A stretch of 64,000 nt of DNA from Acidobacteriota bacterium (GCA_965205505.1 CBDBHB010000009.1:832001-896000), one strand, 5' to 3'. Numbered from the stretch's first letter, positions 27,205 to 37,328 are shown. The notes: a model not told the origin generated them from the letters alone. Translations and numbers: made by a program.

Positions 27205-28763
27205 CTGAGCTCTCCGTCCGGCATCGGTCGCGGGCGAATAACGCCGATGTTGGCCTCGATCTCGATTACCGTGCCGAAAGGTGCCGACATCTTGGCCAGC
27301 CTCTGCAGGATTTCCTGTGCCACCTCAGGCTCGGCCAGCCGGGGTACGCCGCTCTCGGTCAGGCGACGGCCATGGCCGAGATCGACCGGGTACAGGCGCA
27401 GCTCGGCGAGCTGTCCGCCCTCGTAACGACTCACCGGCACGACGGTTTGGTACACGAGTTCGTCGCTGAAGCCTGACTTGGGCCCGGCCATCATCAGGAA
27501 CAGCTCTGCGTCGGTGACGTCGTGCCCCGCGCCGAAAGTCGTGTCGAGATCGTCGGCGTAGCGCTCGTAATAGTCATTGCCGAAGGGGCCCTGCATGTCG
27601 CTCCAGAAGAAGTCGCCCAACCCGTAGAAAATCGGTCGACCCTTGTAGATCTCGATTGGGCGCAAGCGGTGGGTGCCGGTGCCCACGAAGGCGTCGGCCC
27701 CGGCGTCGATCGCGGCGCGCGCAAACGTCGGCAGGAAATCGGCCAGCTTGTCGTGGCCGAGCCCGGTCTGGTGCACGTGGATCGATACGACCAGGAAGTC
27801 CGACAACTGCTTACCCTGCCGCACGCTGTGGAGGTTTTCATGCAGGTCGACCTCGTCTATCTCGTACCGGTAGCCCGGTTCGTCGCCCAGACGGAAGCTC
27901 GTGCTGAAGAGATTCAGCTCCTCCGGGAGTCGCGGCTCGCCGCTGCCCGACGGTTCACCGGCCAACCCTTCGTGGTCGTCTGGATCGGAGTCGCTGTCCG
28001 GGCGCGCGGTGCCGACATTGTTGAGTCGCTGTTGCTCGTTGATGGAACTGCGCAGGCGCACCAGCGCCCGCATCATCGGCTCGGTGACGACCGTGTGGCG
28101 GGTCGTCTTCAGAACATTGAGCCCCGGCCGACCTGGAGCGGCGCCGCGCGGCGGGGCCGCTTCCGAGAACTCTGCAAAAGTGGACGCTACCGACACCAGG
28201 CTCACGCGCCCCTTCGGTGTTTCGAGGAAGCGAGGCGCTCGCGCTTCGGCGCGATGCTCGCCCGAGCCAGCGTGCACCAGCCCGGCTCGGTCTAGCCATT
28301 CGCTGGTCTCGCGCATGCCGGCGCGCCCCCAGTCGAGCGCGTGGTTGTTGGCACGCGAGAACATATCGAAACCGAGATCCTTGAGGTCCTGAGCGGTCTG
28401 CGGGGTGGCGATGCACCAACAGCCGCCGTCTTCGGCCTCGGGGTAACCCACAAACCTTCGTATATCGATGAGGCTGGTTTCGAAGTTGCCGAGGCTCACG
28501 TCGGCCTCGTCGATGATTTTCATCACCGCTGCGAAGGCCGGGTCGGTGGCGAGCATCTGCGAGTGTGGTCGGGCGATGATGCAATCGCCGACCGCCGCGA
28601 AGGTGAATCCATCGTCGATGCTGGTAGCGATCTCGGCGCCGAGCGGCCGCTGCGGGTCGAGCAGCTCTTGATCGGCATCGTTGTCCTGGGCCGTTGCGGC
28701 GCTGGCGCCGGGGTTCCAGATGAACGCCAGTGCGAAGGCGACGCACTGGACTCGGGACTTCAT
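27201..28763 (-). CDS. CapA-family (PGA_cap) metallophosphoesterase, secreted
   Basis: AAVGD, GNFE, SRANNHALDWG, SIHVH, GADAFVGTGTH and FYGLGDF motifs. Confidence 0.9.
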   Translation of the reverse strand: MKSRVQCVAFALAFIWNPGASAATAQDNDADQELLDPQRPLGAEIATSIDDGFTFAAVGDCIIARPHSQMLATDPAFAAVMKIIDEADVSLGNFETSLIDIRRFVGYPEAEDGGCWCIATPQTAQDLKDLGFDMFSRANNHALDWGRAGMRETSEWLDRAGLVHAGSGEHRAEARAPRFLETPKGRVSLVSVASTFAEFSEAAPPRGAAPGRPGLNVLKTTRHTVVTEPMMRALVRLRSSINEQQRLNNVGTARPDSDSDPDDHEGLAGEPSGSGEPRLPEELNLFSTSFRLGDEPGYRYEIDEVDLHENLHSVRQGKQLSDFLVVSIHVHQTGLGHDKLADFLPTFARAAIDAGADAFVGTGTHRLRPIEIYKGRPIFYGLGDFFWSDMQGPFGNDYYERYADDLDTTFGAGHDVTDAELFLMMAGPKSGFSDELVYQTVVPVSRYEGGQLAELRLYPVDLGHGRRLTESGVPRLAEPEVAQEILQRLAKMSAPFGTVIEIEANIGVIRPRPMPDGELR

Positions 28764-28777
28764 CGCCAGGTCTCAGA

Positions 28778-28879
28778 GTGACCGGCGAAAAGCACGTCAA
28801 CATGTGGTGCCACGCGTGTCATCATGGCCTACCGCTTCCCTCCAGGCTGAGCGAGGTGCGCACCGTGTTTACCGACCCA
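28778..28879 (+). pseudogene. Fragment of a c-type cytochrome gene
   Basis: VTGEKHVNMWCHACHHGLPLPSRLSEV contains CxxCH; no start context; ends where the MITE half begins. Confidence 0.5.
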
Positions 28880-29024
28880 GCCCTCCGGGTGGCCGCGGGG
28901 CTGGCCGCCTCCGGCGTCGGCTCTCCTCTGCGATACGCTCAGCATCGCTGTCGTCGAGCCTCCTTGGACGCGACTCAATCGCGCGCGCCACAATATGCAA
29001 CGAACCTCTGTTACAGGACACTAG
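28880..29024 (+). mobile_element. Half element (145 bp) homologous to the left half of the 1151-1429 MITE, in reverse orientation
   Basis: Aligns without gaps to the reverse complement of 1151-1295 (~104/145 identical by hand); compensatory stem changes; ends tgttacaggacactag. Confidence 0.85.
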
Positions 29025-29124
29025 TCGCATGAGTGAGCGGAGGCCAGCTCAGAACTGATTGCCATCGTCGTCGTACCATGAAGTCGAGCTCTCCCGCGTC
29101 GCGCGGTAGTCACCGAGGCTTGAG

Positions 29125-31602
29125 ATGAATGCGTTCGTTGCGACCTATGGAGCCCTTGCAGCCATTCCGGTGGCTGCGATGGTCGCGGCAACATGCCTGC
29201 TGGTCCTGGTGCTGGGCTTTCGCGGCGCGCGCCTGCCAATCTGGACGTTCGTCGGTGCGGCGGTGCTTTGGGGACTCGGCGCGCCTATCTGGGCCTGGGT
29301 GTTGTTCGCCGCGTCGGCGCTGGTGTTCAACGTCGGCCCGCTGCGTCGGCCGCTGGCGACGGCGCCGGTCATGGCCATCATTCGTAGGCAGCAGCTGCTG
29401 CCGCGCATCTCCGACACCGAGCGAGTGGCCATCGAGGCGGGCACGGTGTGGGTCGATCGCGAGCTGTTTTCCGGCAAGCCCGATCTCGGCCGCTTGCTCG
29501 GCGAGCCCTATCCGGGACTGACCGCCGAGGAGCAGGCGTTTCTCGACGGGCCCGTCGAGGAGATCTGCCGGCTCACCGATGACTACGAGGTCTCCCGGCA
29601 GCGCGTCCTTCCGAGCAAGGTCTGGGAGCTATACGCGAAACACCGTTTCTTCGGCATGATCATACCGAAGGAATACGGCGGTCTGGGGTTCTCCGCCTCA
29701 GCCAACAGCGCGGTGGTCGGGAAGCTCTCCTCGCGATCGACGCAGCTACAGGTGAACGTCGGCGTAACGAACTCGCTCGGGCCGGCGGAGTTGCTAATCC
29801 GCTACGGCACCGATGAGCAGAAGGACTACTACCTTCCACGCTTGGCGCGCGCCGAAGAGATTCCGTGCTTCGCGCTCACCGAGCCCGGCGCGGGCTCCGA
29901 TGCCGGCTCCATGACGTCCCATGGGACGGTGTTTCGCGACGCTGACGGTGAGTTGCGGCTGCGATTGACCTGGAACAAGCGCTACATCACCCTGGCCCCC
30001 GTTTCGACCCTGCTCGGCCTGGCCTTTCAGCTGCGCGATCCTGAAAACCTGTTGGGCAAGGGAACGGCCCCGGGCATCACTTGTGCGCTGATCCCCACCG
30101 ACACCCCAGGCGTCGACGTTAGCCAGCGGCACGATCCGCTCGGCCCGCCTTTCCACAACGGGCCGACCGTAGGCACGGACGTGGTGGTCGGCATCGACGC
30201 CATCATCGGTGGCGTGGACGGAGCCGGCAGAGGTTGGCAGATGCTCATGGAGTGCCTGGCGGCCGGTCGTGGTATCTCGCTACCGGGGTCGGCGGCCGGG
30301 GGTGCCAAGACCGTGGCCCGAGTGGCCGGCGCCTACGCCTCGGTGCGCCACCAGTTCGGCATGTCGATCGGCAAATTCGAAGGCATCCAGGAACCGCTGG
30401 CGCGGATCGGGGGTATTGTCTATGTGCTGGAGGCGGCCCGCCGCTATACCAACGGGGCGCTGGACGCACATGCCCAACCGGCCGTGATTACCGCGATTGC
30501 CAAGTACAACTTCACCGAGCTGGCGCGCCAGGCGGTGACCGACGGTATGGACATTCTCGGCGGTGCCGCGATCATGCAAGGACCGCGCAACCTTATCGCC
30601 AGCGGTTGGGCAGGCGTTCCGGTCAGCATCACGGTAGAGGGTGCCAACATCCTCACCCGTACGTTGATCGTGTTCGGCCAGGGCGCCATCCGCTCCCATC
30701 CGTTTGCCTACCGCGAGATCAAGGCGGTGGCGGCGAACGATCGGAGAGACTTCGACGCGGCGTTCTGGGGCCACGTCGGCATGGTGGTGCGGAGCCTATG
30801 CCGCGCCATCGTGCTGGGGGTGACGCGCGGGCGCCTGGCCAGCTCACCTGTCGGGGGACCGGCGGCTCGCTACTACCGGAAGTTGGCGTGGACGTCGGCG
30901 ACCTTTGCCTTGCTCGCCGATCTGGCGATGGTCACGCTGGGCGGCCAACTCAAGCGCAAGGGCGCGCTGACCGGCCGCTTCGCCGATGTCTTCTCCTGGA
31001 TGTACCTCGGGAGCGCCGTGCTGAGGCGCTTCGAAGCGGAGGGGCGTCGCCGCGAAGACCTGCCGCTGCTGCACTGGTCGATGATGGACGCCTTCGCACG
31101 GATTCAGGACGCGCTAGAGGGAATCCTTCAGAACCTCGACGTGCCGCTCCTGGGCATGCTCCTACGAGGCCCGGTTGCGGCATTCGCACGCTGGAATCGC
31201 ATCGGCCGACGCCCCGACGATCGCCTCGCCGGCGAGGTAGCCCGTATCCTACAGACGCCTGGCGCACAGCGCGATGCTCTGACTTCGGGCATCTACATGC
31301 CCGACGATGCCAGCCAAGGTCTGGGCCGCCTCGAGCACGCCTTCGAGCTCAGCTTCCAGGCGGAGGGTGTAACGCGGAAGATCAAGTCGGCCGTTCGAAA
31401 GCGCCAGTTGCCGAAGTCCGACCCCGCAACGCTGGTAGGCGATGCGGTGAAGGCGGGTTTGATCACGGCGCAGGAGGCGGAGCTCGTCGCGGCCGCCGAA
31501 GCGGCACGCGACGACGCCATTCAGGTCGACTCGCTTACCAGGGACGAGTACATGGCGATCGCCGCCGGCGATGCGGTGCCTGGGACCGTGGGCGTCAGCT
31601 AG
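29125..31602 (+). CDS. fadE: FadE-type acyl-CoA dehydrogenase
   Basis: N-terminal TMs, ISDTERVAIEAGTVW, NSLGPAELL, CFALTEPGAGSDA, KRYITLAP, ITVEGANILTR; DUF1974-type C-terminus. Confidence 0.95.
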   Translation: MNAFVATYGALAAIPVAAMVAATCLLVLVLGFRGARLPIWTFVGAAVLWGLGAPIWAWVLFAASALVFNVGPLRRPLATAPVMAIIRRQQLLPRISDTERVAIEAGTVWVDRELFSGKPDLGRLLGEPYPGLTAEEQAFLDGPVEEICRLTDDYEVSRQRVLPSKVWELYAKHRFFGMIIPKEYGGLGFSASANSAVVGKLSSRSTQLQVNVGVTNSLGPAELLIRYGTDEQKDYYLPRLARAEEIPCFALTEPGAGSDAGSMTSHGTVFRDADGELRLRLTWNKRYITLAPVSTLLGLAFQLRDPENLLGKGTAPGITCALIPTDTPGVDVSQRHDPLGPPFHNGPTVGTDVVVGIDAIIGGVDGAGRGWQMLMECLAAGRGISLPGSAAGGAKTVARVAGAYASVRHQFGMSIGKFEGIQEPLARIGGIVYVLEAARRYTNGALDAHAQPAVITAIAKYNFTELARQAVTDGMDILGGAAIMQGPRNLIASGWAGVPVSITVEGANILTRTLIVFGQGAIRSHPFAYREIKAVAANDRRDFDAAFWGHVGMVVRSLCRAIVLGVTRGRLASSPVGGPAARYYRKLAWTSATFALLADLAMVTLGGQLKRKGALTGRFADVFSWMYLGSAVLRRFEAEGRRREDLPLLHWSMMDAFARIQDALEGILQNLDVPLLGMLLRGPVAAFARWNRIGRRPDDRLAGEVARILQTPGAQRDALTSGIYMPDDASQGLGRLEHAFELSFQAEGVTRKIKSAVRKRQLPKSDPATLVGDAVKAGLITAQEAELVAAAEAARDDAIQVDSLTRDEYMAIAAGDAVPGTVGVS

Positions 31603-31635
31603 CAGGCCCACCACACTTTCACCACGGCCTGCTAG
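31599..31635. repeat. 37-bp mini-element with 10-bp inverted ends that carries the stop codons of both flanking genes
   Basis: ctagcaggcc-caccacactttcaccac-ggcctgctag; TAG 31600-31602 ends fadE and CTA 31632-31634 ends the convergent hydrolase. Confidence 0.85.
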
Positions 31636-32921
31636 CGAACGATGGCCTGATAGACGAGCGTCTGGAACTTTGGTTGCAGGTCACTGTTGCCCGCGGGAAT
31701 CAGCTGGGTCATGAGCACTGCAACCAGATCCTCGGCCGGGTCGACCCAGTAGGTGGTGTGGTAGGCGCCTCCCCAGCTGAATACGCCGTCGGAACCGTGC
31801 TGCCCGGTCGCGCCGAGGTCGAGGGTCACCTGGAATCCGAGGCCGAACCCCGCCCCTGCTCCCCACGCGAAGCGATCGGCGACATGGTTGACGGTCATCA
31901 GTTCGACTGTCTTCGGGCTCAGGAGACGCTCTCCGTCGAGCGCGCCACCGGCGAGCAGCATCTGCAGAAAGCGCGCGTAGTCGCTGGCGGTCGATAGTAG
32001 CCCGGCGCCACCGGAGAAACTCTTGCGCGGCCCGTCCACATAGGCGCCCTGGGCGAGCATGGTGCCGACATCAGGCGACCTTTCGATGCCGCCATCGGCG
32101 GTGGCCGCGTAGACGGTCGCCAGCCGGTCGCGTTTTTCCACCGGCAGGTAGAAGTGCGTGTCAGGCATGCCGAGTGGGTCCAGAATCCGCCCCTGAAAGA
32201 ACGAGTCGAGATCGGTGCCCGAGACCTGTTCGATCAGCGCTCCGAGAATGTCGCTCGAATAGCCATAGATCCACTCGTCGCCGGGGTGAGCGTTGAAAGG
32301 CAGCGTGGCGAGCCGATCGACGGTGACGCCGATAGGCTCGTCCTTGTCGGCGAAATACCAGCCGTAGATCTCGGCGTCCTGGTATGCGGAGCTCGCGGGA
32401 CCGTCGCCGTACGAGAGGCCGGTGGAGTGTGTGAGCAGGTCGCGCACCGTGATGGGTCGCTCCGACGGCACCACGTCGTAGCCGCCGTTGTCGCCGGGTA
32501 CGGCGACCGTGGTGTCGGCGAACGCCGGTAGGTACTTGCCGACCGGGTCGGAGAGCAGTATGCGCCCTTCCTCGACCAGCATCATCGCCGCCACGCTGGT
32601 CACCGCCTTGGATTGCGAGGCGATCCGGAAGATCGTGTCGAGTCGCATTGGTGCACCTGCCTCGACGTCACGCTGCCCGAACGCCTCGTGATACACGACC
32701 TTGCCGCCGCGCGTAAGCAGCGCCACGATTCCCGCTACCCGCCCCTCGTCCACGTAGCCTTGCAGGACATCGCTCAAGCGATCCAGGCGTGCGCTTGAAA
32801 CGCCCACCGCCTCCGGTACAGCCATCGGAGTTTGTTGTGCGAGCGCCGTGCTCGAGAGCGCCAGAGCGACCAGCAGGGCGGCGAGAGCGAGGCGGCAACG
32901 GGCTAGGAAGGGCCGAATCAT
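31632..32921 (-). CDS. Secreted serine hydrolase, beta-lactamase family
   Basis: FRIASQSK, LLTHSTGL, IYGYS, LGMPDT and WGGAY motifs. Confidence 0.92.
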   Translation of the reverse strand: MIRPFLARCRLALAALLVALALSSTALAQQTPMAVPEAVGVSSARLDRLSDVLQGYVDEGRVAGIVALLTRGGKVVYHEAFGQRDVEAGAPMRLDTIFRIASQSKAVTSVAAMMLVEEGRILLSDPVGKYLPAFADTTVAVPGDNGGYDVVPSERPITVRDLLTHSTGLSYGDGPASSAYQDAEIYGWYFADKDEPIGVTVDRLATLPFNAHPGDEWIYGYSSDILGALIEQVSGTDLDSFFQGRILDPLGMPDTHFYLPVEKRDRLATVYAATADGGIERSPDVGTMLAQGAYVDGPRKSFSGGAGLLSTASDYARFLQMLLAGGALDGERLLSPKTVELMTVNHVADRFAWGAGAGFGLGFQVTLDLGATGQHGSDGVFSWGGAYHTTYWVDPAEDLVAVLMTQLIPAGNSDLQPKFQTLVYQAIVR

Positions 32922-33070
32922 CGGGATCTCCTTTGTCTCGACGGAGTCTCGGTAAGCTGCTGCCGCCGCAGCATACCGTACCGCCCTCGGGATAGCCTGG
33001 CGCGAATCAAGAACGTTGGCCGTGCTAGTTTTCCCTATGGGATGCCGAGGTTAGTCGGAGGGGATTCTGA

Positions 33071-33778
33071 ATGAACGATTGGCGAGCACTTTCACTTCTG
33101 GTCTGCTTTGTCGGAGCGGGCTGCCAGCAGGCGGCGGATTCCTCATCGACGCCCTCCCCAACCGGCTCTGACGCCGCGCTCGACACGGCGCAGCAGCGCG
33201 GCAGCTATGCGCAGGGCTGGGGCGTCGGCAGACGAGGAAGCTCGATGCCGCTCGATAACGAGGCCTTCATCGCCGGTATGCGCGATGGCCTCTCCGGGGT
33301 CGAGAGCCGTCTCACCGACGCCGAGATGCAGCAGGCGATGGTGGAGTTCAACGCGTTTGTCGCCGATGCAAAGACGGCCGGGGCAGCCGGCAACCGCGCC
33401 GCCGGGGCGGATTTCTTGGAGCAGAACGCCCAGCGTGAGGGCGTGCGTGTTACCGAAAGCGGTCTGCAGTACGAGGTCGTATTCGAGGGCGACGGGGCGC
33501 AGCCGAAGGAGACCGATGTGGTCAAGGTGCTCTATCGGGGCACGCGCATCGACGGCGAAGTGTTCGACGAGACCGATCCAGCCAGCCCGGCGCAGTTCTC
33601 CGTGAACCAGGTGATCGCCGGGTGGACCGAGGGGCTGCAGCTGATGTCGCTGGGCGCCAAGTACAAGCTCTATATCCCAGCCGACCTGGCGTACGGCGAC
33701 AACCCACGCCCAGGTGTGATTCAACCGGGTGACACACTGGTCTTCGACGTCGAGATCGTCGAGTTGCTGCAGCGCTGA
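33071..33778 (+). CDS. FKBP-type peptidyl-prolyl isomerase (FkpA/Mip-like), lipoprotein
   Basis: SYAQG, TESGLQY, VIAGWTEGLQLM, YIPADLAYG and TLVFDVE motifs. Confidence 0.95.
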   Translation: MNDWRALSLLVCFVGAGCQQAADSSSTPSPTGSDAALDTAQQRGSYAQGWGVGRRGSSMPLDNEAFIAGMRDGLSGVESRLTDAEMQQAMVEFNAFVADAKTAGAAGNRAAGADFLEQNAQREGVRVTESGLQYEVVFEGDGAQPKETDVVKVLYRGTRIDGEVFDETDPASPAQFSVNQVIAGWTEGLQLMSLGAKYKLYIPADLAYGDNPRPGVIQPGDTLVFDVEIVELLQR

Positions 33779-33814
33779 CAGCGGCATAGCTAGCAGATCT
33801 CGCTGGCGCCCTAC

Positions 33815-35668
33815 TCAGCTGGCCACAGCCTCCGCGATGCAGGCCAGAAACGTCTCTCCGAGGTCTGCGAGCTTCTTCTCACCGACGCCGTGCACCTGCA
33901 GGAACTGCTCCGGGCTGGCCGGCTTCTTGCGTGCCATGTCGCGTAGGCTGGCGTCGCTGAAGATCACATACGGAGGGACGTTGCGCTGGCGTGCCAAGCG
34001 GGTGCGCAGGGCGCGTAGATCTTCGAACAGCTCGCGGTCGACGCCCTCCCAGGACTCCGCCTCACCACGCGTTGTGCGTACCCGGCGCGTCTTGACGGGC
34101 ACCAGCTGAACCTTCTGTTCGCTGCGTAGCACCCGCATCGAGGTCTCGTTGAGCTGCAGCACCGGGTACTCGCTGTCGCTGCGATCGAGCACGCGTTGGT
34201 CGAGGAGCTGGAAAGTCAGGTTCATGAGCTCCGCCCGCGTGCGACCGTCGATCAGGCCATAGGTGCTCAGCGCATCGTGACCCAGCGAGCGAATCCGCTC
34301 GGTATCGGCGCCGCGAAGCACATCGGCGACGTGGCCGATGCCATACGACTGGCCGACACGGGCAACGCACGACAGCACCATCTGAGCCTCCTTGGTACCG
34401 TCGACGAGGCCCTCGGTCTCGCCGAGGCACACGTCACAGGCGCCGCAGCCGTCGTCGGCCGGCGGTTCGTAGCGCTGCCCGAAGTACTCGGTGAGCGATC
34501 GATGTCGACACGTTCCGGGAGCACAGAACCGCCGCATTTCGTCGAGCAGGCCGAGCGCGGCCTGCAGCCCTTCGCGCGGGCGGCCGTCGTCGGCATCGCT
34601 GCGCTCCAGAACCGTTCGCCAGCGCAGCGCATCGGCCGGGGAATGCAGCAACACGCATTCCGCCACCAGCCCGTCGCGACCAGCGCGACCGGTCTCTTGC
34701 TGGTAGTGCTCGACCGACTTCGGCATCGCGGCGTGGATGACGCAGCGTACGTCGCTGCGATCGATCCCCATGCCGAAGGCAACGGTGGCCACGATGATGT
34801 CGATCTCTTCGGTGGCGAACGCGTCTTGCGTTCGGCTGCGCTCGCTCGCCTCGAGGCCAGCGTGATAGTAGGCGGCTCGATGGCCCTGTGCCTGGAGGCT
34901 CTCGGCCAGCCGCTCGGTGTCCTTGCGGCTGATGCAGTAGACGATTATCGCCTCGTGGGGATGAGGCCGGAGGATCTCGAGGACCTGGGCGCGCAGCTCG
35001 AGGCGCGGTACCACCCGGTAGATCAGGTTGGGACGGTCGAAGCTGCCCACCAGAATCGTCGGCGACTGCAGTCCAAGCTGGTCGACGATATCGGCACGCA
35101 CGCGCTCCGTGGCGGTGGCGGTGTAGGCATGTAGGCTGGCGCCGGGGATACGTTCTTTGAGTACCGCCAGCTGGCGGTACTCCGGACGGAAGTCGTGACC
35201 CCAGTGGCTGATGCAGTGGGCCTCGTCGACCGCGAAGGTTCTGATCCGCAGCCGCTCGACCGTTTCAAGGAACCACGCGCTGACCAGGCGCTCCGGCGAC
35301 ACGAACACCAGCCGACAATCGCCGGACGCGATGAAACGTTGCGCCTCGGCGCGCTCGGCCGGATCCTGGGCGCTGTGCAGGCTGGCGGCCGGATAGCCGT
35401 TGGCGCGCAGCCCATCGACCTGGTCCTTCATCAGGGAGATCAGCGGCGAGACCACGATGTCGGTGCGGCCGGCCAGCAACGGCGGCACCTGGTAGCACAG
35501 TGACTTGCCGCCGCCGGTAGGCAAGACGACCAGCGAATCGCGTCGATCGAGCTCGGCGCGGATCGCATCCTGCTGCAATGGCCGCAGGGAATCGAAGCCC
35601 CAGTAGCGCCGCACCACCTCGGCCATGTCATCCGTGCCGCTACCGATATCGAAGGGAAGCACGGTCAT
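33815..35668 (-). CDS. recQ: ATP-dependent DNA helicase RecQ
   Basis: PTGGGKSLCYQ, VDEAHCISHWGHDFRPEY, QETGRAGRDG, Zn-binding CRH…CGACDVC; RQC and HRDC domains. Confidence 0.97.
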   Translation of the reverse strand: MTVLPFDIGSGTDDMAEVVRRYWGFDSLRPLQQDAIRAELDRRDSLVVLPTGGGKSLCYQVPPLLAGRTDIVVSPLISLMKDQVDGLRANGYPAASLHSAQDPAERAEAQRFIASGDCRLVFVSPERLVSAWFLETVERLRIRTFAVDEAHCISHWGHDFRPEYRQLAVLKERIPGASLHAYTATATERVRADIVDQLGLQSPTILVGSFDRPNLIYRVVPRLELRAQVLEILRPHPHEAIIVYCISRKDTERLAESLQAQGHRAAYYHAGLEASERSRTQDAFATEEIDIIVATVAFGMGIDRSDVRCVIHAAMPKSVEHYQQETGRAGRDGLVAECVLLHSPADALRWRTVLERSDADDGRPREGLQAALGLLDEMRRFCAPGTCRHRSLTEYFGQRYEPPADDGCGACDVCLGETEGLVDGTKEAQMVLSCVARVGQSYGIGHVADVLRGADTERIRSLGHDALSTYGLIDGRTRAELMNLTFQLLDQRVLDRSDSEYPVLQLNETSMRVLRSEQKVQLVPVKTRRVRTTRGEAESWEGVDRELFEDLRALRTRLARQRNVPPYVIFSDASLRDMARKKPASPEQFLQVHGVGEKKLADLGETFLACIAEAVAS

Positions 35669-36145
35669 CGGAGACGGTCATCCATCCAGAGAGCCCACCA
35701 CACATGCCGCCGCCCCCCGGCGGCAGCAACTAACCATAGCCCGTCGAGCCGGCCAGCGTGGCAGCGTTCGCGTATGTCGCGGTGGCGAACTTGCTGACAC
35801 GGTCGATCAGCTCGTCTACGACGACACCGACGAAGAGGTGGTTAGCGACTTCGAGCCCGACGACTATCCGGCCCCTGCGGCGGGATCCTGGAGGTGCGGC
35901 TGCCGGGATGCTCGGCCGAAACCTGCGTCTTCGGGGTCCAGGTATTCGAGCGTTGAGGCGCGTCCTTCCGCGGTCACTAGACGTCGACGGAAACGTCGAC
36001 ATATTGTCAAAAGTGAACACTGCGCAACACAAAGTGTCAGGATAACGCCGATTCTAGGGAGGATCGACCACGAAGTCGGTCGGCACTGATCTTGCATCGA
36101 CAGTTTGACGGGTTCCCTGCAAACTTTTCTGCCGGGAGGAAGACC

Positions 36146-36520
36146 ATGTCAAAGGGCCGAGTTGCCACCGTGCTCGGTGTCGCCCTCGCGGTCGGCACAC
36201 TTGCGTTCGCCGCGGGCTGTGCCAGCCACTACGGACGTTACGGAGTGTCCTACGGGCACTCGGCACCGGGTTGGCACTACGGATCGTCGTTCAACGTTGG
36301 CGGGCTGGGATTCCAGGTGCTGTACAGCACCCACGGACCGCGGCGCGGCTACTTTTTCCGCTCCGCGCGGTTCGGGTCCTCGCGCTACTGCGGTCGATAC
36401 TGCTACCGAGATCGCGGCCACTATTACCATCACTCGGGCTGCCGACACTTCGGCCGCTACGTGTCGGGCTACGGCTACAACGTCGGGTCGTTGCTGCGCC
36501 ACTACGGGCCACAGTACTGA
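36146..36520 (+). CDS. Small Gly/Tyr/His-rich lipoprotein
   Basis: GGAGGA RBS; lipobox-like FAAGC; C-x3-C-x8-HH-x2-C cluster. Confidence 0.75.
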   Translation: MSKGRVATVLGVALAVGTLAFAAGCASHYGRYGVSYGHSAPGWHYGSSFNVGGLGFQVLYSTHGPRRGYFFRSARFGSSRYCGRYCYRDRGHYYHHSGCRHFGRYVSGYGYNVGSLLRHYGPQY

Positions 36521-36862
36521 AATCGCGTCAGCCGCAGGCCGTCGGGTCGGCATGTCGTTGGAGCAGTATCCGGCGTGTGAGCAGTGACCGCGGTTGTCGC
36601 GAACAGTGATGTCTTTCCCCTCGTAGCGATCGAGGGCGTCGGGTCTTCGATCGTCGGCCTTGTCGTCGGTGAAGCCGATGCGCTTGTGGGTGCCGTCGCA
36701 GTACGGCTTGCGCTTCGACGCACCGCAGCGACAGAGCGACATCGCCCCTTTGGAGGGCACCGATTCGCCGCGTGAGTTGCGGAAGTCAGGCACGCCGCTG
36801 ACCTTGATCGGTCCGTCTTTGATCAGCTTGATGAGCGGGCGCTCGCTAGTCGTGTCGCTCAT
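36521..36862 (-). pseudogene. 3'-truncated CDGSH iron-sulfur / divergent 4Fe-4S protein
   Basis: DGPIKV…SLCRCGASKRKPYCDGTH, then the start of a second Fe-S domain (CSHAGYC). The frame then runs into the convergent gene with no nearby stop. Confidence 0.75.
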
Positions 36863-36977
36863 GTATGTGCGCCAGTGGCGAGCAACGGTAGCACGATGTC
36901 GATGTGCTCCGCGGGAGGCGGTCCTTGCGCCAGCCGGTAAGCTGATATCGGGCCGGCTCCACCCGAAGGCCTCCGAT

Positions 36978-37240
36978 TCAGCGTCGCAGTCGGGCGATTC
37001 GACCGTCGCTGCCCGCCGCCCAGACGGCGGCGCCATCGGAGCTTGCCGCCACAACGTGAAAACCTGTCTCGCCGAGCCCGATCCAGCTCTGGCCACCGTC
37101 CGGCGAGACGTCTGAGCCGCTGGCGCCAACGGCGATGAGCGCCGGTGGGATGGTTCCCGAGACGGCCGCGACGCACGAGCGGTAGCCGCCCGGCGGCACG
37201 CCCGTCGGAGCCGTCCAGGTGGAGCCGGTGATCTCCGTCG
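36978..37240 (-). pseudogene. 3' remnant of a BNR/Ycf48-like beta-propeller gene
   Basis: TW…GYRSCVA…IAVGASGSDVSPDGGQSW…VWAAGSDGRIARL*; the 5' part is absent. Confidence 0.7.
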
Positions 37241-37328
37241 GTCGGCCGGGCGGAATTGACGGCGTTGCCAGAGGGTAGCTACATTGCGTCCCACACGATA
37301 CCCGAGACGACCCAGTGGCCTGAGGCGG

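Noticed and set aside
1436-31635. CCACCACGGCCTGCTAG repeats as a CRISPR array or Chi sites for AddAB
   Set aside because: Dispersed with no spacer periodicity and no cas genes; intergenic and part of longer element ends, so the TGGTGG resemblance to Chi is probably coincidental.
33790-33800. ctagcagatc as a reverse-oriented element end
   Set aside because: Only 7 bp match; could be chance.
35700-35980. Acidic peptide-like frame (LADTVDQLVYDDTDEEVV) upstream of recQ
   Set aside because: No start or RBS and no recognisable family; it cannot be supported.
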